NCBI GenBank assembly: GCA_902607475.1
Contig: CACLKH010000005.1
Coordinates: 1 to 55,816, forward strand
From: an uncultured Alphaproteobacteria bacterium
GTDB taxonomy: Bacteria; Pseudomonadota; Alphaproteobacteria; GCA-002720895
Reading direction: 5' to 3'
Length of the DNA: 55,816 nucleotides
Shown here: in pieces, positions 18,830 to 28,498 of the stretch
Layout of the letters: every line of letters begins with the position of its first letter
Position numbering within the stretch: the stretch's first letter is position 1
Position numbers and translations under genes: made by a program
Notes under the pieces: model-generated
Databases searched by the model: none
Seen by the model: the letters and a program-made list of their open reading frames with translations, nothing else
Told to the model about the DNA's origin: nothing

Positions 18830-18835
18830 AATTTT

Positions 18836-19402
18836 TTACTTAACTTTTTCTACATAAGAATTATCCGATGTTTTTACTACTATTTTCATGCCTTTTTCGA
18901 TATGAGGAGGCACCATTACTTTTACATCATTTTCAAGAATTGCTGGTTTAAGACCTGAAGTTGCTGTCTGACCTTTTATTACAGCTTCTGCTTCTTTAAT
19001 TTCTAAAGTTACTGTTTCAGGCAATAAAATATTTATAGGTTCATCATCTTTTAATTCAAGAAAAACATTAATGCCATCTTTTAAATAAGGTAGAATATCA
19101 CTTATAATTTTTTCTTTATTTATACTAATTTGTTCATAATTGTTTTGATCCATGAAAAAATATTCATCTCCGCTTGAATAAAGAAATTGGAAAGTTTTTT
19201 GTTCAAGATAAGCTTTTTCGATATTTTCATCAGATCTAAATCTTTCATTTCTTTTAGTTCCTAGATTAATATCTTTTAATTCAACTTGAATATAAGCACC
19301 GCCTTTACCAGGTTTTGTATGTTCTAATTTTAGAACTTTCCAAAGTTTATTTTCAAATTCTAAAATATTTCCAACTTTTATTTCGTTTGCAGATATTTTC
19401 AT
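18836..19402 (-). CDS. efp: Elongation factor P
   Basis: HTKPGKGGA, KGQTA...KPAILEN, VPP.I. Confidence 0.96.
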   Translation of the reverse strand: MKISANEIKVGNILEFENKLWKVLKLEHTKPGKGGAYIQVELKDINLGTKRNERFRSDENIEKAYLEQKTFQFLYSSGDEYFFMDQNNYEQISINKEKIISDILPYLKDGINVFLELKDDEPINILLPETVTLEIKEAEAVIKGQTATSGLKPAILENDVKVMVPPHIEKGMKIVVKTSDNSYVEKVK

Positions 19403-20061
19403 TTTTTTTTGTTTAAAAATTTATTAAATAAATTCACAGCTTCAACCGGACCTTTTTTAAAATTCCAAATTCCAGAACTTACTGCTAATAAATCACATTC
19501 TGTTTTTATAATTTTTTTACAGTTTTTCGAACTTATACCACCAATAGCAGCACATGGTAGAGTAAAATTTTTTTTAAACCAGTTTATATTTTTAACTGTA
19601 GCTCTATATTTAGTTTTTTTTGTTTTAGTATTAAAGAAGGAACCAAATGATACATAATTGGGTTTTAAATCTATTGCTTTTTTTACAAAATCTTTTGAAT
19701 TATGACACGTTATTCCTAAAAATTTTTTTTTTAGTAAAATTCTGCTCACTTTATTATTTGAAATATCTTTTTGCCCTAAATGCACACCGTCGCAAAATTT
19801 TAAAACTTGATCATTAAAATAATCATTCATAAAAAAAATAGTTTTATTTCTTTTGCAAAGTAAACTTATTTTTTTTAAAGCATCTAAAATTTGTGTTTCT
19901 GATTTATTTTTTAATCTTAACTGTAGAAATTTTATTTTTTTTGTTTTTAAAACTTCATTTAAAATTACCAAGTATTTTTTTAATGGCAGTTTTTTTGTTA
20001 GAAGTTCAGGAGGAGTTATAAGATATAAATATTTTTTTTTCTTTTTAAAAAGATTATTCAT
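19399..20061 (-). CDS. thiE: Thiamine-phosphate synthase
   Basis: LYLIT, QLRLK, MND, DGVHLGQ.D, GITCHNS, F.TKTK, AIGGI. Confidence 0.92.
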   Translation of the reverse strand: MNNLFKKKKKYLYLITPPELLTKKLPLKKYLVILNEVLKTKKIKFLQLRLKNKSETQILDALKKISLLCKRNKTIFFMNDYFNDQVLKFCDGVHLGQKDISNNKVSRILLKKKFLGITCHNSKDFVKKAIDLKPNYVSFGSFFNTKTKKTKYRATVKNINWFKKNFTLPCAAIGGISSKNCKKIIKTECDLLAVSSGIWNFKKGPVEAVNLFNKFLNKKK

Positions 20062-21070
20062 TTTCTAAGCTTGTATCCCATTTACCATGACAAGCTAAAG
20101 AATTCATTTTAGCACGGTGTAAAAAAATATCTTGAGCTACATTTTTATTTTCGCTTTTCCCGGCCCACATTTTGAGAGCATCTTCTTGTAAAGCCCTTCC
20201 ATATGAAAAAGATAAATTCCATGAAGTGCTATTCAATTTGTTTATTTCATTTAAAATCATGGTAGCGTTGATGCTACTTAGTCCACCAGATAAAAAAACA
20301 ATCCCAGGTACTTCTTCTGGAACAGTTTTTGTTAAGCATGCTAAAGTTTTTTCTGCAATTTCTTTTATATTTAATTTCTCACCGCTTTTATCTCCAGGAA
20401 CTATCATATTTGGTTTTAATAGCATACCTTTTAAATCTACATTTTTTTCTTTTAAAGAATTGAAAACTTGATTAAGTGTTTCTTTAGTTACCTCATAGCA
20501 CTTATCTATATTATGTTCTCCATTCATAATTACTTCTGGTTCAACAATTGGCACTAGTTTATTATTTTGGCTTATTAGTGCATATTCTGCTAATAAAGAA
20601 GAATTCTCTTCTATGCAATGACTTGAAGGTATATTTTCTCCAATATTAATTACAGATCGCCATTTTGTAAATTTAGCTCCGTTTTCAGCAAAAGGTTTTA
20701 AACGTTTATCCAATGTCTCTATACCTTTAGTATACGTTTCAATTGAATCTTTATTAAATTCTTCTAAACCTTGATCAACTTTTATTCCTGGATAACAATT
20801 AATATTTTCTAGTTTTTCTTTTAATGATTCATTACTTGAGTTTTTTTGAAAAAAAGTTTCTTCAAATAAAATTACACCAGATATATATTTTGAGATATCA
20901 GGAGTTGAAAATAAAGTATCTCTATAAAAGCATCTTGTTTCTTCATTAGATTTAACATTTATAGAATTAAACCTTTTTTTTATGGTATTTGTACTTTCAT
21001 CAGCAGCTAAAATTCCTTTACCATTTTCAACAATCTTTTTTGCAATATATTGTATATTTTCTTTTGACAT
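20054..21070 (-). CDS. Fructose-bisphosphate aldolase class I
   Basis: GKGILAADES, GIKVD.G, KWRSVI, VPIVEPEV, LLKPNM, FLSGG, FSYGRALQ. Confidence 0.95.
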   Translation of the reverse strand: MSKENIQYIAKKIVENGKGILAADESTNTIKKRFNSINVKSNEETRCFYRDTLFSTPDISKYISGVILFEETFFQKNSSNESLKEKLENINCYPGIKVDQGLEEFNKDSIETYTKGIETLDKRLKPFAENGAKFTKWRSVINIGENIPSSHCIEENSSLLAEYALISQNNKLVPIVEPEVIMNGEHNIDKCYEVTKETLNQVFNSLKEKNVDLKGMLLKPNMIVPGDKSGEKLNIKEIAEKTLACLTKTVPEEVPGIVFLSGGLSSINATMILNEINKLNSTSWNLSFSYGRALQEDALKMWAGKSENKNVAQDIFLHRAKMNSLACHGKWDTSLENE

Positions 21071-22080
21071 TAAATATATTTTGAAATGTAGTTTGTTAGA
21101 TCAATTAATCTATTTGCAAAACCCCATTCATTGTCATACCAAGAAACAATCCTACAAAGTTTTTTTTTTATAACTTTGGTTTGTGTTGAGTCAAAGTTTG
21201 AACTGTATGGTGAGTGATTAAAATCCACTGAAACTAAAGGCTCATCGATAATTGATAAGATATTTTTTAAATCTTTCTTTGAAGAGTTTATACATATTTT
21301 ATTAATTTCATCTTCAGATGTATTTCTTAAAGTATTAAAAACAAAGTCTATTAGACTTACATTCGGGGTAGGGACTCTAATAGCTGTTCCGTCAAGTTTC
21401 CCATCTAAAGATGGAATTACTAATCCTATAGCTTTTGCAGCACCTGTTTTTGTTGGTATTAAAGATGTAGCAGCTGATCTTGCCCTTCTTAAATCACTAC
21501 TATGAAAAGTATCAACAATTCTTTGGTCACCTGTATATGAATGTATAGTTGTCATGTGACCAGTTTCTATTCCAATAGCATTATTTAAAATATTAGCTAT
21601 TGGTGCTAAACAATTTGTAGTACATGATGCATTTGAAATTATTTTGTGATTATTATTTATTTCTTTATGATTTACTCCGTATACAACAGTAATATCTGGG
21701 TTATCTGATGGTGCAGAAATAATTACTTTTTTTGCCCCAGCTCTTATATGTTTTTGAGAATCTTTTTTTGAAGTTAGAATTCCCGTACATTCAATTACAA
21801 TATCAATTTTATTTTTTTTCCATGGCAATTTTATCGGGTTTGTTTCAGAAATAATTTGAGTTCTACCTAAACCAATATCAAATGAACTTTTATCGTTTTT
21901 AATTTTTTTATTATATGTGCCATGAATAGAATCATATTTAAATAAATGTATATTAGATTCCAAATCAGCTAAATCATTTATAATTTTTACTTTTATATTC
22001 TTTGCATTTTTACTTTCTGATAGAGCTCTTAAAAAAAGCCTACCAATTCTTCCAAACCCATTTATTGCTATATTAACCAT
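21070..22080 (-). CDS. gap: Glyceraldehyde-3-phosphate dehydrogenase type I
   Basis: INGFGRIGR, SNASCTTNCLAP, RVPTPNVS, WYDNEWGF. Confidence 0.96.
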   Translation of the reverse strand: MVNIAINGFGRIGRLFLRALSESKNAKNIKVKIINDLADLESNIHLFKYDSIHGTYNKKIKNDKSSFDIGLGRTQIISETNPIKLPWKKNKIDIVIECTGILTSKKDSQKHIRAGAKKVIISAPSDNPDITVVYGVNHKEINNNHKIISNASCTTNCLAPIANILNNAIGIETGHMTTIHSYTGDQRIVDTFHSSDLRRARSAATSLIPTKTGAAKAIGLVIPSLDGKLDGTAIRVPTPNVSLIDFVFNTLRNTSEDEINKICINSSKKDLKNILSIIDEPLVSVDFNHSPYSSNFDSTQTKVIKKKLCRIVSWYDNEWGFANRLIDLTNYISKYI

Positions 22081-24085
22081 TATTTTTTTTATAAATTCTT
22101 AATGCTAATTTTACAATTTCTTTAGCATTTAAACCAAAATTATCATACAAAACTTCTCCAGGCGCAGATGCACCAAAACCATTCATTCCTAACATATATT
22201 TTTCATTTAATATATATTTTGTCCATCCATATTTTGATGCAGCTTCAATAGCTATTCTTTTTTCGATAGGACCCAATATTTTATTTTTATAAATATCGTT
22301 TGTTCTATCAAAAATTTCCCAACAAGGCATTGACACAACTGCAACATTTAGAGATTTTTTTTCAAGAATTTCTTTTGCTTCAATAGCAATTGATACTTCG
22401 GACCCTGTAGATAAAATTGTTATATCTCTCTTATTTTTTTTTGTTTCTGCAATTATATACGCGCCTTTTTTTGACATATTTTCTGATATCTTTTCTTTTC
22501 TAACAATAGGAACATTTTGCCTTGTGAGAGAAATGATAGAAGGAGTATTCTCGGTTAAAGCAACTTCCCAACATTCTAATGTTTCAATAGCATCAGCTGG
22601 TCTTAAAACATTTAAATTTGGTACAGATCTTAAACTTGTAAGTTGTTCAATTGGTTGATGGGTAGGACCATCCTCTCCTAAACCAATAGAGTCGTGAGTC
22701 ATTACATAAATAATTTTTTGCTTCATTATTGATGCAAGTCTTATTGAGGGTTTACAATAATCTGTGAAAATTAAAAAAGAACCGCCATACGGAATTAAAC
22801 CACCATGAAGAGAGATTCCTGTCATTGCTCCCACCATAGCATGCTCTCTAATTCCATAATAAATGTATGTTCCTTTGTAATTTGAACTACTAAAAGTTTT
22901 TTGATTATCTGCTTTTGTTAAATTAGACTCGGTTAAATCTGCTGACCCACCTATTAAAAACGGCATTTTTTTTTGTAATAAATTAATTGCTATATTAGAT
23001 GCTTTTCTAGTAGCAATTTCTTCATTTGACAAACAAAGCTTTTTTTTAATTTTTTTTAATTCTAAAAAGCAATTTTTATCAATCTTTTTATTCAAATAAT
23101 TATTAAATAATTTTTTTTTCTTATTGTTTAAGTTTTTTTTAGTTAGATTCCATTTATTATTTTCATTAATTCCTTTAATCCCTGTATTTTTCCAAATTTT
23201 TAAAATTTCTTCTGGAATTACAAAAGGTGGGTAGTGCCAATTAAGGTTTTTTTTGGTTTTTTTTGCTTCATCTGGGCCAAGCGCAGCGCCGTGACTAGAA
23301 CTTTTACCCTGTTTGTTTGGTGATCCGTACCCAATAATAGTTTTACATGCAATTAACGAAGGTTTTTTCGTTTTTTTTGCCTTATTAATTGCATTGTAAA
23401 TTTGTTTAAAATCATGCCCATTAATTTTTTGCACATCCCAATTACATGCGTTAAATCTAACTAGATGATTTTCTGATGTTGATAAGCTTGTTGGGCCGTC
23501 AATAGAGACATTATTATCATCAAATAAAACAATTAATTTATTTAATTTTAAATGTCCAGCTAAAGAAATTGCTTCATGACTAATTCCTTCCATTAAACAA
23601 CCATCTCCGACAACAACATAAGTATGGTGATTAATTAAATTCTTTCCAAATATAGATGAAAGATGTTTTTCACCTATCGCCATACCTACTGAGTTTGCCA
23701 AACCTTGACCTAAAGGACCTGTGGTTGTTTCTATGCCACATTCTATATCATACTCAGGATGCCCAGCTGTTTTACTTTTTAATTGTCTAAATTTTTTAAT
23801 TTGATCAATGGTTATTTTTTTATATCCAGTTAAATGTAATAATGAATATAAAAGCATTGCCCCATGGCCTGCAGATAAAACGAATCTATCTCTATTTGTC
23901 CATTTTGGATTTTGAGGGTTAAAACGTAAAAAGTATTTATAGAGAATTGTTGCAACATCTGACATACCCAAAGGCATACCAGGGTGGCCAGAATTTGCTT
24001 TTTCAACAGCGTCTATAGACAATGCTCTGATAGCATTGGACATTGATTTTAACTCTTTTATGTTTAAGTTATTTTTGGTTAACAC
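22073..24085 (-). CDS. tkt: Transketolase
   Basis: SGHPGMPLG, DRFVLSAGHG, TTGPLGQG, GDGCLMEG, HDSIGLGEDGPTHQP. Confidence 0.97.
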   Translation of the reverse strand: MLTKNNLNIKELKSMSNAIRALSIDAVEKANSGHPGMPLGMSDVATILYKYFLRFNPQNPKWTNRDRFVLSAGHGAMLLYSLLHLTGYKKITIDQIKKFRQLKSKTAGHPEYDIECGIETTTGPLGQGLANSVGMAIGEKHLSSIFGKNLINHHTYVVVGDGCLMEGISHEAISLAGHLKLNKLIVLFDDNNVSIDGPTSLSTSENHLVRFNACNWDVQKINGHDFKQIYNAINKAKKTKKPSLIACKTIIGYGSPNKQGKSSSHGAALGPDEAKKTKKNLNWHYPPFVIPEEILKIWKNTGIKGINENNKWNLTKKNLNNKKKKLFNNYLNKKIDKNCFLELKKIKKKLCLSNEEIATRKASNIAINLLQKKMPFLIGGSADLTESNLTKADNQKTFSSSNYKGTYIYYGIREHAMVGAMTGISLHGGLIPYGGSFLIFTDYCKPSIRLASIMKQKIIYVMTHDSIGLGEDGPTHQPIEQLTSLRSVPNLNVLRPADAIETLECWEVALTENTPSIISLTRQNVPIVRKEKISENMSKKGAYIIAETKKNKRDITILSTGSEVSIAIEAKEILEKKSLNVAVVSMPCWEIFDRTNDIYKNKILGPIEKRIAIEAASKYGWTKYILNEKYMLGMNGFGASAPGEVLYDNFGLNAKEIVKLALRIYKKNNG

Positions 24086-24182
24086 ATCTAGATATATAAT
24101 TTTTCAATTCTAATTTTTGCTATAGATTATAGAATAAAAAAATATACTTTAGTATAAGTAGATATAATAAAAAAAAAAAATA

Positions 24183-24530
24183 ATGCCAGTTTTAAGAATA
24201 AATATTAATGGACGTTTCTATGACATTACGTGCGAAAAAAATAAGGAAAAATATGTTTTAGAATTATCAAAGTATTTTGATAAAAAAGTTAGAGATTTGT
24301 CTGTTAAATTAAAAAACGTAGATCATTCAAGACTACTTGCTTTAACAGGAATTTTGTTAAGTGAAGAATTAAACAACATTATGAAAGATAAAAGTAAAGT
24401 CGATAACCCATATGGAAAAAATTATAAAATAGAAGTTGATGATTTAAAAGAAAAACATTCTGAAACAAAATTAATTGTAAAAAATAAAATAGATAAATTA
24501 ATTTCACGGATTCAATCTTTAACTAAATGA
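24183..24530 (+). CDS. zapA: Cell division protein ZapA
   Basis: ININGR.Y.I.C...E......L...DKKV..L......RLL.L.G; conserved position divergent from tkt. Confidence 0.85.
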   Translation: MPVLRININGRFYDITCEKNKEKYVLELSKYFDKKVRDLSVKLKNVDHSRLLALTGILLSEELNNIMKDKSKVDNPYGKNYKIEVDDLKEKHSETKLIVKNKIDKLISRIQSLTK

Positions 24531-25330
24531 AAATTCTTTTTTTTGGCGATATTTTTGGCAGATCAGGAAGAGATGCTTTAATAAAAGAACTATCATATTT
24601 TAAAAAAAAATATAGCCCTGATTTTATTTTAGTAAATGGTGAAAATGCTTCACATGGAAGAGGTATATCACAATCCATTTGTAATGATTTATTCTCAGCA
24701 GGCATAGATATTATTACTGGTGGAAATCATATTTTTGATAATAATGATGTTTTTAATTTTATAGATGAAGAAAAAAGGTTATTAAGACCTAACAATTATC
24801 CTATTGATACACCAGGAAACGGTTATGGAATTTATGAAAAACAACAAAAAAAAATATTAGTTATTAATGTAATGGGAAGAGTTTTTATGCAACCTCTAGA
24901 CGATCCTTTTGAATCTATCAAGAAAGTTATAAACGGAAAAGTAATTGGAAAAGATGTTTCAGCGATAATAATTGATATTCATGCTGAAGCAACTAGTGAA
25001 AAAATGGCAATAGGCCACGAATTTGATGGTAAGACAAGTTTAATTGTAGGAACTCATACGCATATACCAACTGCGGACGCAAGAATTTTATCAAACGGAA
25101 CTGCTTTTATTTCAGATTTAGGTATGTGTGGTGATTATGATTCAATTATTGGTATGGATAAAAACAAAGCACTAGAAAGATTTAAAAAAAAAACACCAGT
25201 AAGAGGAATTCACCCTGCTACAGGAGAAGCCTCTTTATCGAGTGTTTTTGTTGAAATAGATGAGAAAACAGGATTGGCGAAATCTATAAAACAAATAATT
25301 ACAGGTGGTTCATTAGAAAGAGTTTCATAA
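24527..25330 (+). CDS. ymdB: YmdB/TIGR00282 metallophosphoesterase
   Basis: FGDIFG..GR, NGENASHG, GNH, DIHAEATSEK, GTHTH, DLGMCG. Confidence 0.94.
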   Translation: MKILFFGDIFGRSGRDALIKELSYFKKKYSPDFILVNGENASHGRGISQSICNDLFSAGIDIITGGNHIFDNNDVFNFIDEEKRLLRPNNYPIDTPGNGYGIYEKQQKKILVINVMGRVFMQPLDDPFESIKKVINGKVIGKDVSAIIIDIHAEATSEKMAIGHEFDGKTSLIVGTHTHIPTADARILSNGTAFISDLGMCGDYDSIIGMDKNKALERFKKKTPVRGIHPATGEASLSSVFVEIDEKTGLAKSIKQIITGGSLERVS

Positions 25331-25357
25331 AAAAAAAATCATTTATTATTTTTTAAG

Positions 25358-26110
25358 ATGGCAGGACATTCAAAATTTAAGAATATAATGTTTCGTAAAG
25401 GTGCCCAAGATAAAAAAAGAGCTAAAATATTTGCTAAGTTAGGTAGAGAAATTCAAGTTGCTTCAAAACAAGGCGGTTCAGATCCAGATTCAAATCATCG
25501 ACTACGAACTGCTATAGATGCTGCGAAAGTTGCTAATGTTCCTAAAGATAATATAGAAAGAGCAATTAAAAAAGGATCTAGTAATGAAACTAATAATTTA
25601 GAAGAAATAAAATATGAAGGATTTGGTCCTGGAGGCACATCATTAATAGTTGAAACTATGACGGATAACAAAAATAGAACAGTTTCCGAGATAAGGCAAA
25701 TTTTTTCAAAAAATGGAGGATCAATAGTTGAAAATGGAAGTGTATCTCATAATTTTAAAAGAAAAGGGGAGTTAATTTACAAAGCAGATAAAACTATAGA
25801 GAATAAAGTTTTTGATTCTGCCGTAGAGGCTGGTGCAGATGATATAATTAATGAAGATGAAAACTACACTATTTATTGTGATCCAAATAAAATTATTAGT
25901 ATTAAAGAAAAAATTTCTGAATTATCTATAGAACTTATTTCAGTTTCATTAACTTGGATATCATCTAATAGAATAAATATAAATAAAGAAAATGGTAAAA
26001 AACTTTTTAATCTTATTAACCAATTGGAAGATAATGAAGACGTTCAAAACATATCATCAAATTATGATATTTCAAAAAAAGTTTTTGATACAATAGAGTT
26101 TGATAATTAA
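25358..26110 (+). CDS. yebC: YebC/PmpR family protein
   Basis: MAGHSKFKNI..RKG.QD, YEGFGPGG, TDNKNRT. Confidence 0.96.
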   Translation: MAGHSKFKNIMFRKGAQDKKRAKIFAKLGREIQVASKQGGSDPDSNHRLRTAIDAAKVANVPKDNIERAIKKGSSNETNNLEEIKYEGFGPGGTSLIVETMTDNKNRTVSEIRQIFSKNGGSIVENGSVSHNFKRKGELIYKADKTIENKVFDSAVEAGADDIINEDENYTIYCDPNKIISIKEKISELSIELISVSLTWISSNRININKENGKKLFNLINQLEDNEDVQNISSNYDISKKVFDTIEFDN

Positions 26111-26119
26111 ATAAAAAAA

Positions 26120-26428
26120 ATGGCAGATAAAACATGGAAAGCTAGAGAAAGACAAGTTGCTAGGTTTTTTAATACAAACAGAACACCACTAAGCGGTGGC
26201 TCATCGAGACACACAAGGTCTGATTCTCTTCATAAAGATTTGTTTGTAGAATGTAAATTAAGAAAAAAACATTCAGTTATCTCGCTTTGGGATGAAACAA
26301 ATGAAATGGCAAAAAAAGAATCAAAAACAGCAGTTGTTGCATTATGTGAATCTGGAAGACCTGGTTTTTGGGTTATGGTCCATAGCGATGATTTAGAAAA
26401 AGTATCTGACATAGTTAAAAAAAAATAA
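26120..26428 (+). CDS. Putative Hjc-type (archaeal/phage-like) Holliday junction resolvase, PD-(D/E)XK fold
   Basis: E10-R, R21-x-P-x-S-G26, D35 and E44-C-K46 match the order and spacing of Hjc motifs; occupies the ruvCAB position. Confidence 0.72.
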   Translation: MADKTWKARERQVARFFNTNRTPLSGGSSRHTRSDSLHKDLFVECKLRKKHSVISLWDETNEMAKKESKTAVVALCESGRPGFWVMVHSDDLEKVSDIVKKK

Positions 26429-26500
26429 TGTTTATATTTTTATTAAGAAATAATACTTTGTTTTTTTCGTTATAATTTTAAAATAGACTAAAATAAAATT

Positions 26501-27193
26501 ATGGAAAACCAAGCTGTAGACGCTATAAATCTTGTTCAAAATGGGGCATACGATCTGTCCATTTTTTCTTTATTTCTTAGAGCAGATCCAGTTGTTAAAT
26601 TAGTTATATTTGGACTTTTCATATCATCGATATGGAGTTGGGCAATAATCATAAATAAAATAAAAATGATTAGAAAAATAAATAATGTAACAAAAAAATT
26701 TGAGGATCTTTTTTGGTCCACTTCTTCATTGGAAGGTTTATATAATAAAACAGAAAGTAAAAATGATAATCCTATGATCGCAATTTTTAATAAATCAATG
26801 ATAGAGTGGCTGAAAATTAGAAATTCTAAAATTAAAGATAGATTGGAAAACAGGTTAAATAATGTGTTAGTTAATTCTATAAATAATGAAATTGCAAAAT
26901 TAGAAAAAAATATGATTTTCTTAGCATCTCTAGGTTCAGCGGCACCTTTTGTTGGATTATTTGGAACTGTCTGGGGTATTATGAATAGTTTTCAAGCTAT
27001 TGGTATAACAAAAAATACTAGTCTAGCAGTTGTTGCACCAGGAATTGCCGAAGCTTTATTTGCAACAGCTTTGGGTTTAATAGCAGCAATACCTGCCGTT
27101 ATAGCTTATAATAAAATATCAAGCACTTTTGATAATTACTCAATTAGATTAGAAACTTTTGCCCAAGAATTTGTTAATCGTGTAACAAAATAA
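26501..27193 (+). CDS. tolQ: Tol-Pal protein TolQ
   Basis: SIWSWAII, APFVGLFGTVWGIMNSF, VAPGIAEALFATALGL. Confidence 0.96.
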   Translation: MENQAVDAINLVQNGAYDLSIFSLFLRADPVVKLVIFGLFISSIWSWAIIINKIKMIRKINNVTKKFEDLFWSTSSLEGLYNKTESKNDNPMIAIFNKSMIEWLKIRNSKIKDRLENRLNNVLVNSINNEIAKLEKNMIFLASLGSAAPFVGLFGTVWGIMNSFQAIGITKNTSLAVVAPGIAEALFATALGLIAAIPAVIAYNKISSTFDNYSIRLETFAQEFVNRVTK

Positions 27194-27200
27194 AAAAAAA

Positions 27201-27656
27201 ATGTCTAATAAATCTATACAAAGAGTTAATAGTTTAAAATTTTCAAGAATATTAAAAAGAAATAAAACTATTAGTCAAATAAATGTAACTCCAATGGTGG
27301 ATGTAATGTTAGTTTTACTAGTAATATTTATGATAACTGCTCCATTATTAACAGTTGGCGTTCCAATTAATTTGCCAAAAACAAAAGCAAAAGCATTACC
27401 TGAAGATCAGGCTCCTTTATCTGTTACAATTAATAAAGAAGAAAAGATTTTTGTACAAGATACAGAAATAAGTTTAGAAAAATTAATACCAAAATTAGTT
27501 TCTATTTCAAAAAATAGAAATGATAGAAAAATTTTTATTAGAGCTGATGAAGTTTTATCATATGGAAAAGTAGTTGAAGTAATGGCAGTGATTACTTCGG
27601 CTGGGTTTAATAAAATCGCTTTAGTTACTGATTTTGAAACAAAAAAAAATAAATGA
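27201..27656 (+). CDS. tolR: Tol-Pal protein TolR
   Basis: INVTPMVDVMLVLLVIFMITAP, IRAD. Confidence 0.96.
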   Translation: MSNKSIQRVNSLKFSRILKRNKTISQINVTPMVDVMLVLLVIFMITAPLLTVGVPINLPKTKAKALPEDQAPLSVTINKEEKIFVQDTEISLEKLIPKLVSISKNRNDRKIFIRADEVLSYGKVVEVMAVITSAGFNKIALVTDFETKKNK

Positions 27657-28480
27657 TATTAAATAATTTAATTTTTCTTCCAATTAAAAGAGAAGTTTTG
27701 GAAAAAAAGAATTATCTTTTACAGTCTTTGGGGTTTCATTTGTTAATAATAATGTTAGTTTACTACGGATTGCCAAATCTCTTTAGATATCGTGCAGAAT
27801 TTTTACCTCCTTTGCCAGTTGAAATAATAAATATTTCAAATAAAACTGCAGCGCCAAAAATTAATTTTAAAAAAACCCCGGACACATCAAAAAATAAAAC
27901 CAATTATGCAAATCAAGAAAATATTAAATATAATAATCAAACTAAAATTCCAGATACCACTGAGACAGTAGAAGAAACGAAAGAAGCTGTTGAAATAAAA
28001 AAAAAAAAAATTGTTAAATTAAAAGAACTAAAAAAAAAACCTAATCAATTACAAAGTGTTTTAAAATCTATTGAACAGGTAAAAAGAGACTTTAGTGATA
28101 AAAAAAAAAGTACAGAAAAAACTGAAAGTGAAGATAAAGTAACACCTACAAAACTTGGGTTAAATTTATCAATAAGTGAAATAGATGCTATAAGAAGGCA
28201 TTTTGAAAAATGTTGGAATATTCCATCAGGGGCTAGGGAAGCAGGAAATTTAGCTACAGAAATTAAAGTAAGGTTTAATAAAAAAGGAAATGTTTTAGAT
28301 GCAAGGATAGCTGATGTTAGTAGAATGAAAAGAGACAGATATTTCAGAACTGCTGCAGAAAGTGCACTTAGAGCAGTATTGAATCCAAGGTGCCAAAATG
28401 CACCTTTGCCAGAAGATAAATTTGATAAATGGAAAAATTTAACTTTAAATTTTGATCCGAAAAGTATAATTGGTTATTAA
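27653..28480 (+). CDS. tolA: TolA-like protein (short)
   Basis: N-terminal TM with SLGFH, charged linker, C-terminal KCWNIPSGA...AAESALRAV; lies between tolR and tolB. Confidence 0.85.
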   Translation: MILNNLIFLPIKREVLEKKNYLLQSLGFHLLIIMLVYYGLPNLFRYRAEFLPPLPVEIINISNKTAAPKINFKKTPDTSKNKTNYANQENIKYNNQTKIPDTTETVEETKEAVEIKKKKIVKLKELKKKPNQLQSVLKSIEQVKRDFSDKKKSTEKTESEDKVTPTKLGLNLSISEIDAIRRHFEKCWNIPSGAREAGNLATEIKVRFNKKGNVLDARIADVSRMKRDRYFRTAAESALRAVLNPRCQNAPLPEDKFDKWKNLTLNFDPKSIIGY

Positions 28481-28498
28481 TATTTTTTTTTTACTAAA

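Noticed and set aside
26120-26428. Prophage remnant or restriction endonuclease
   Set aside because: No other phage genes, att sites or DNA methyltransferase nearby; the gene is tightly embedded in a core operon.
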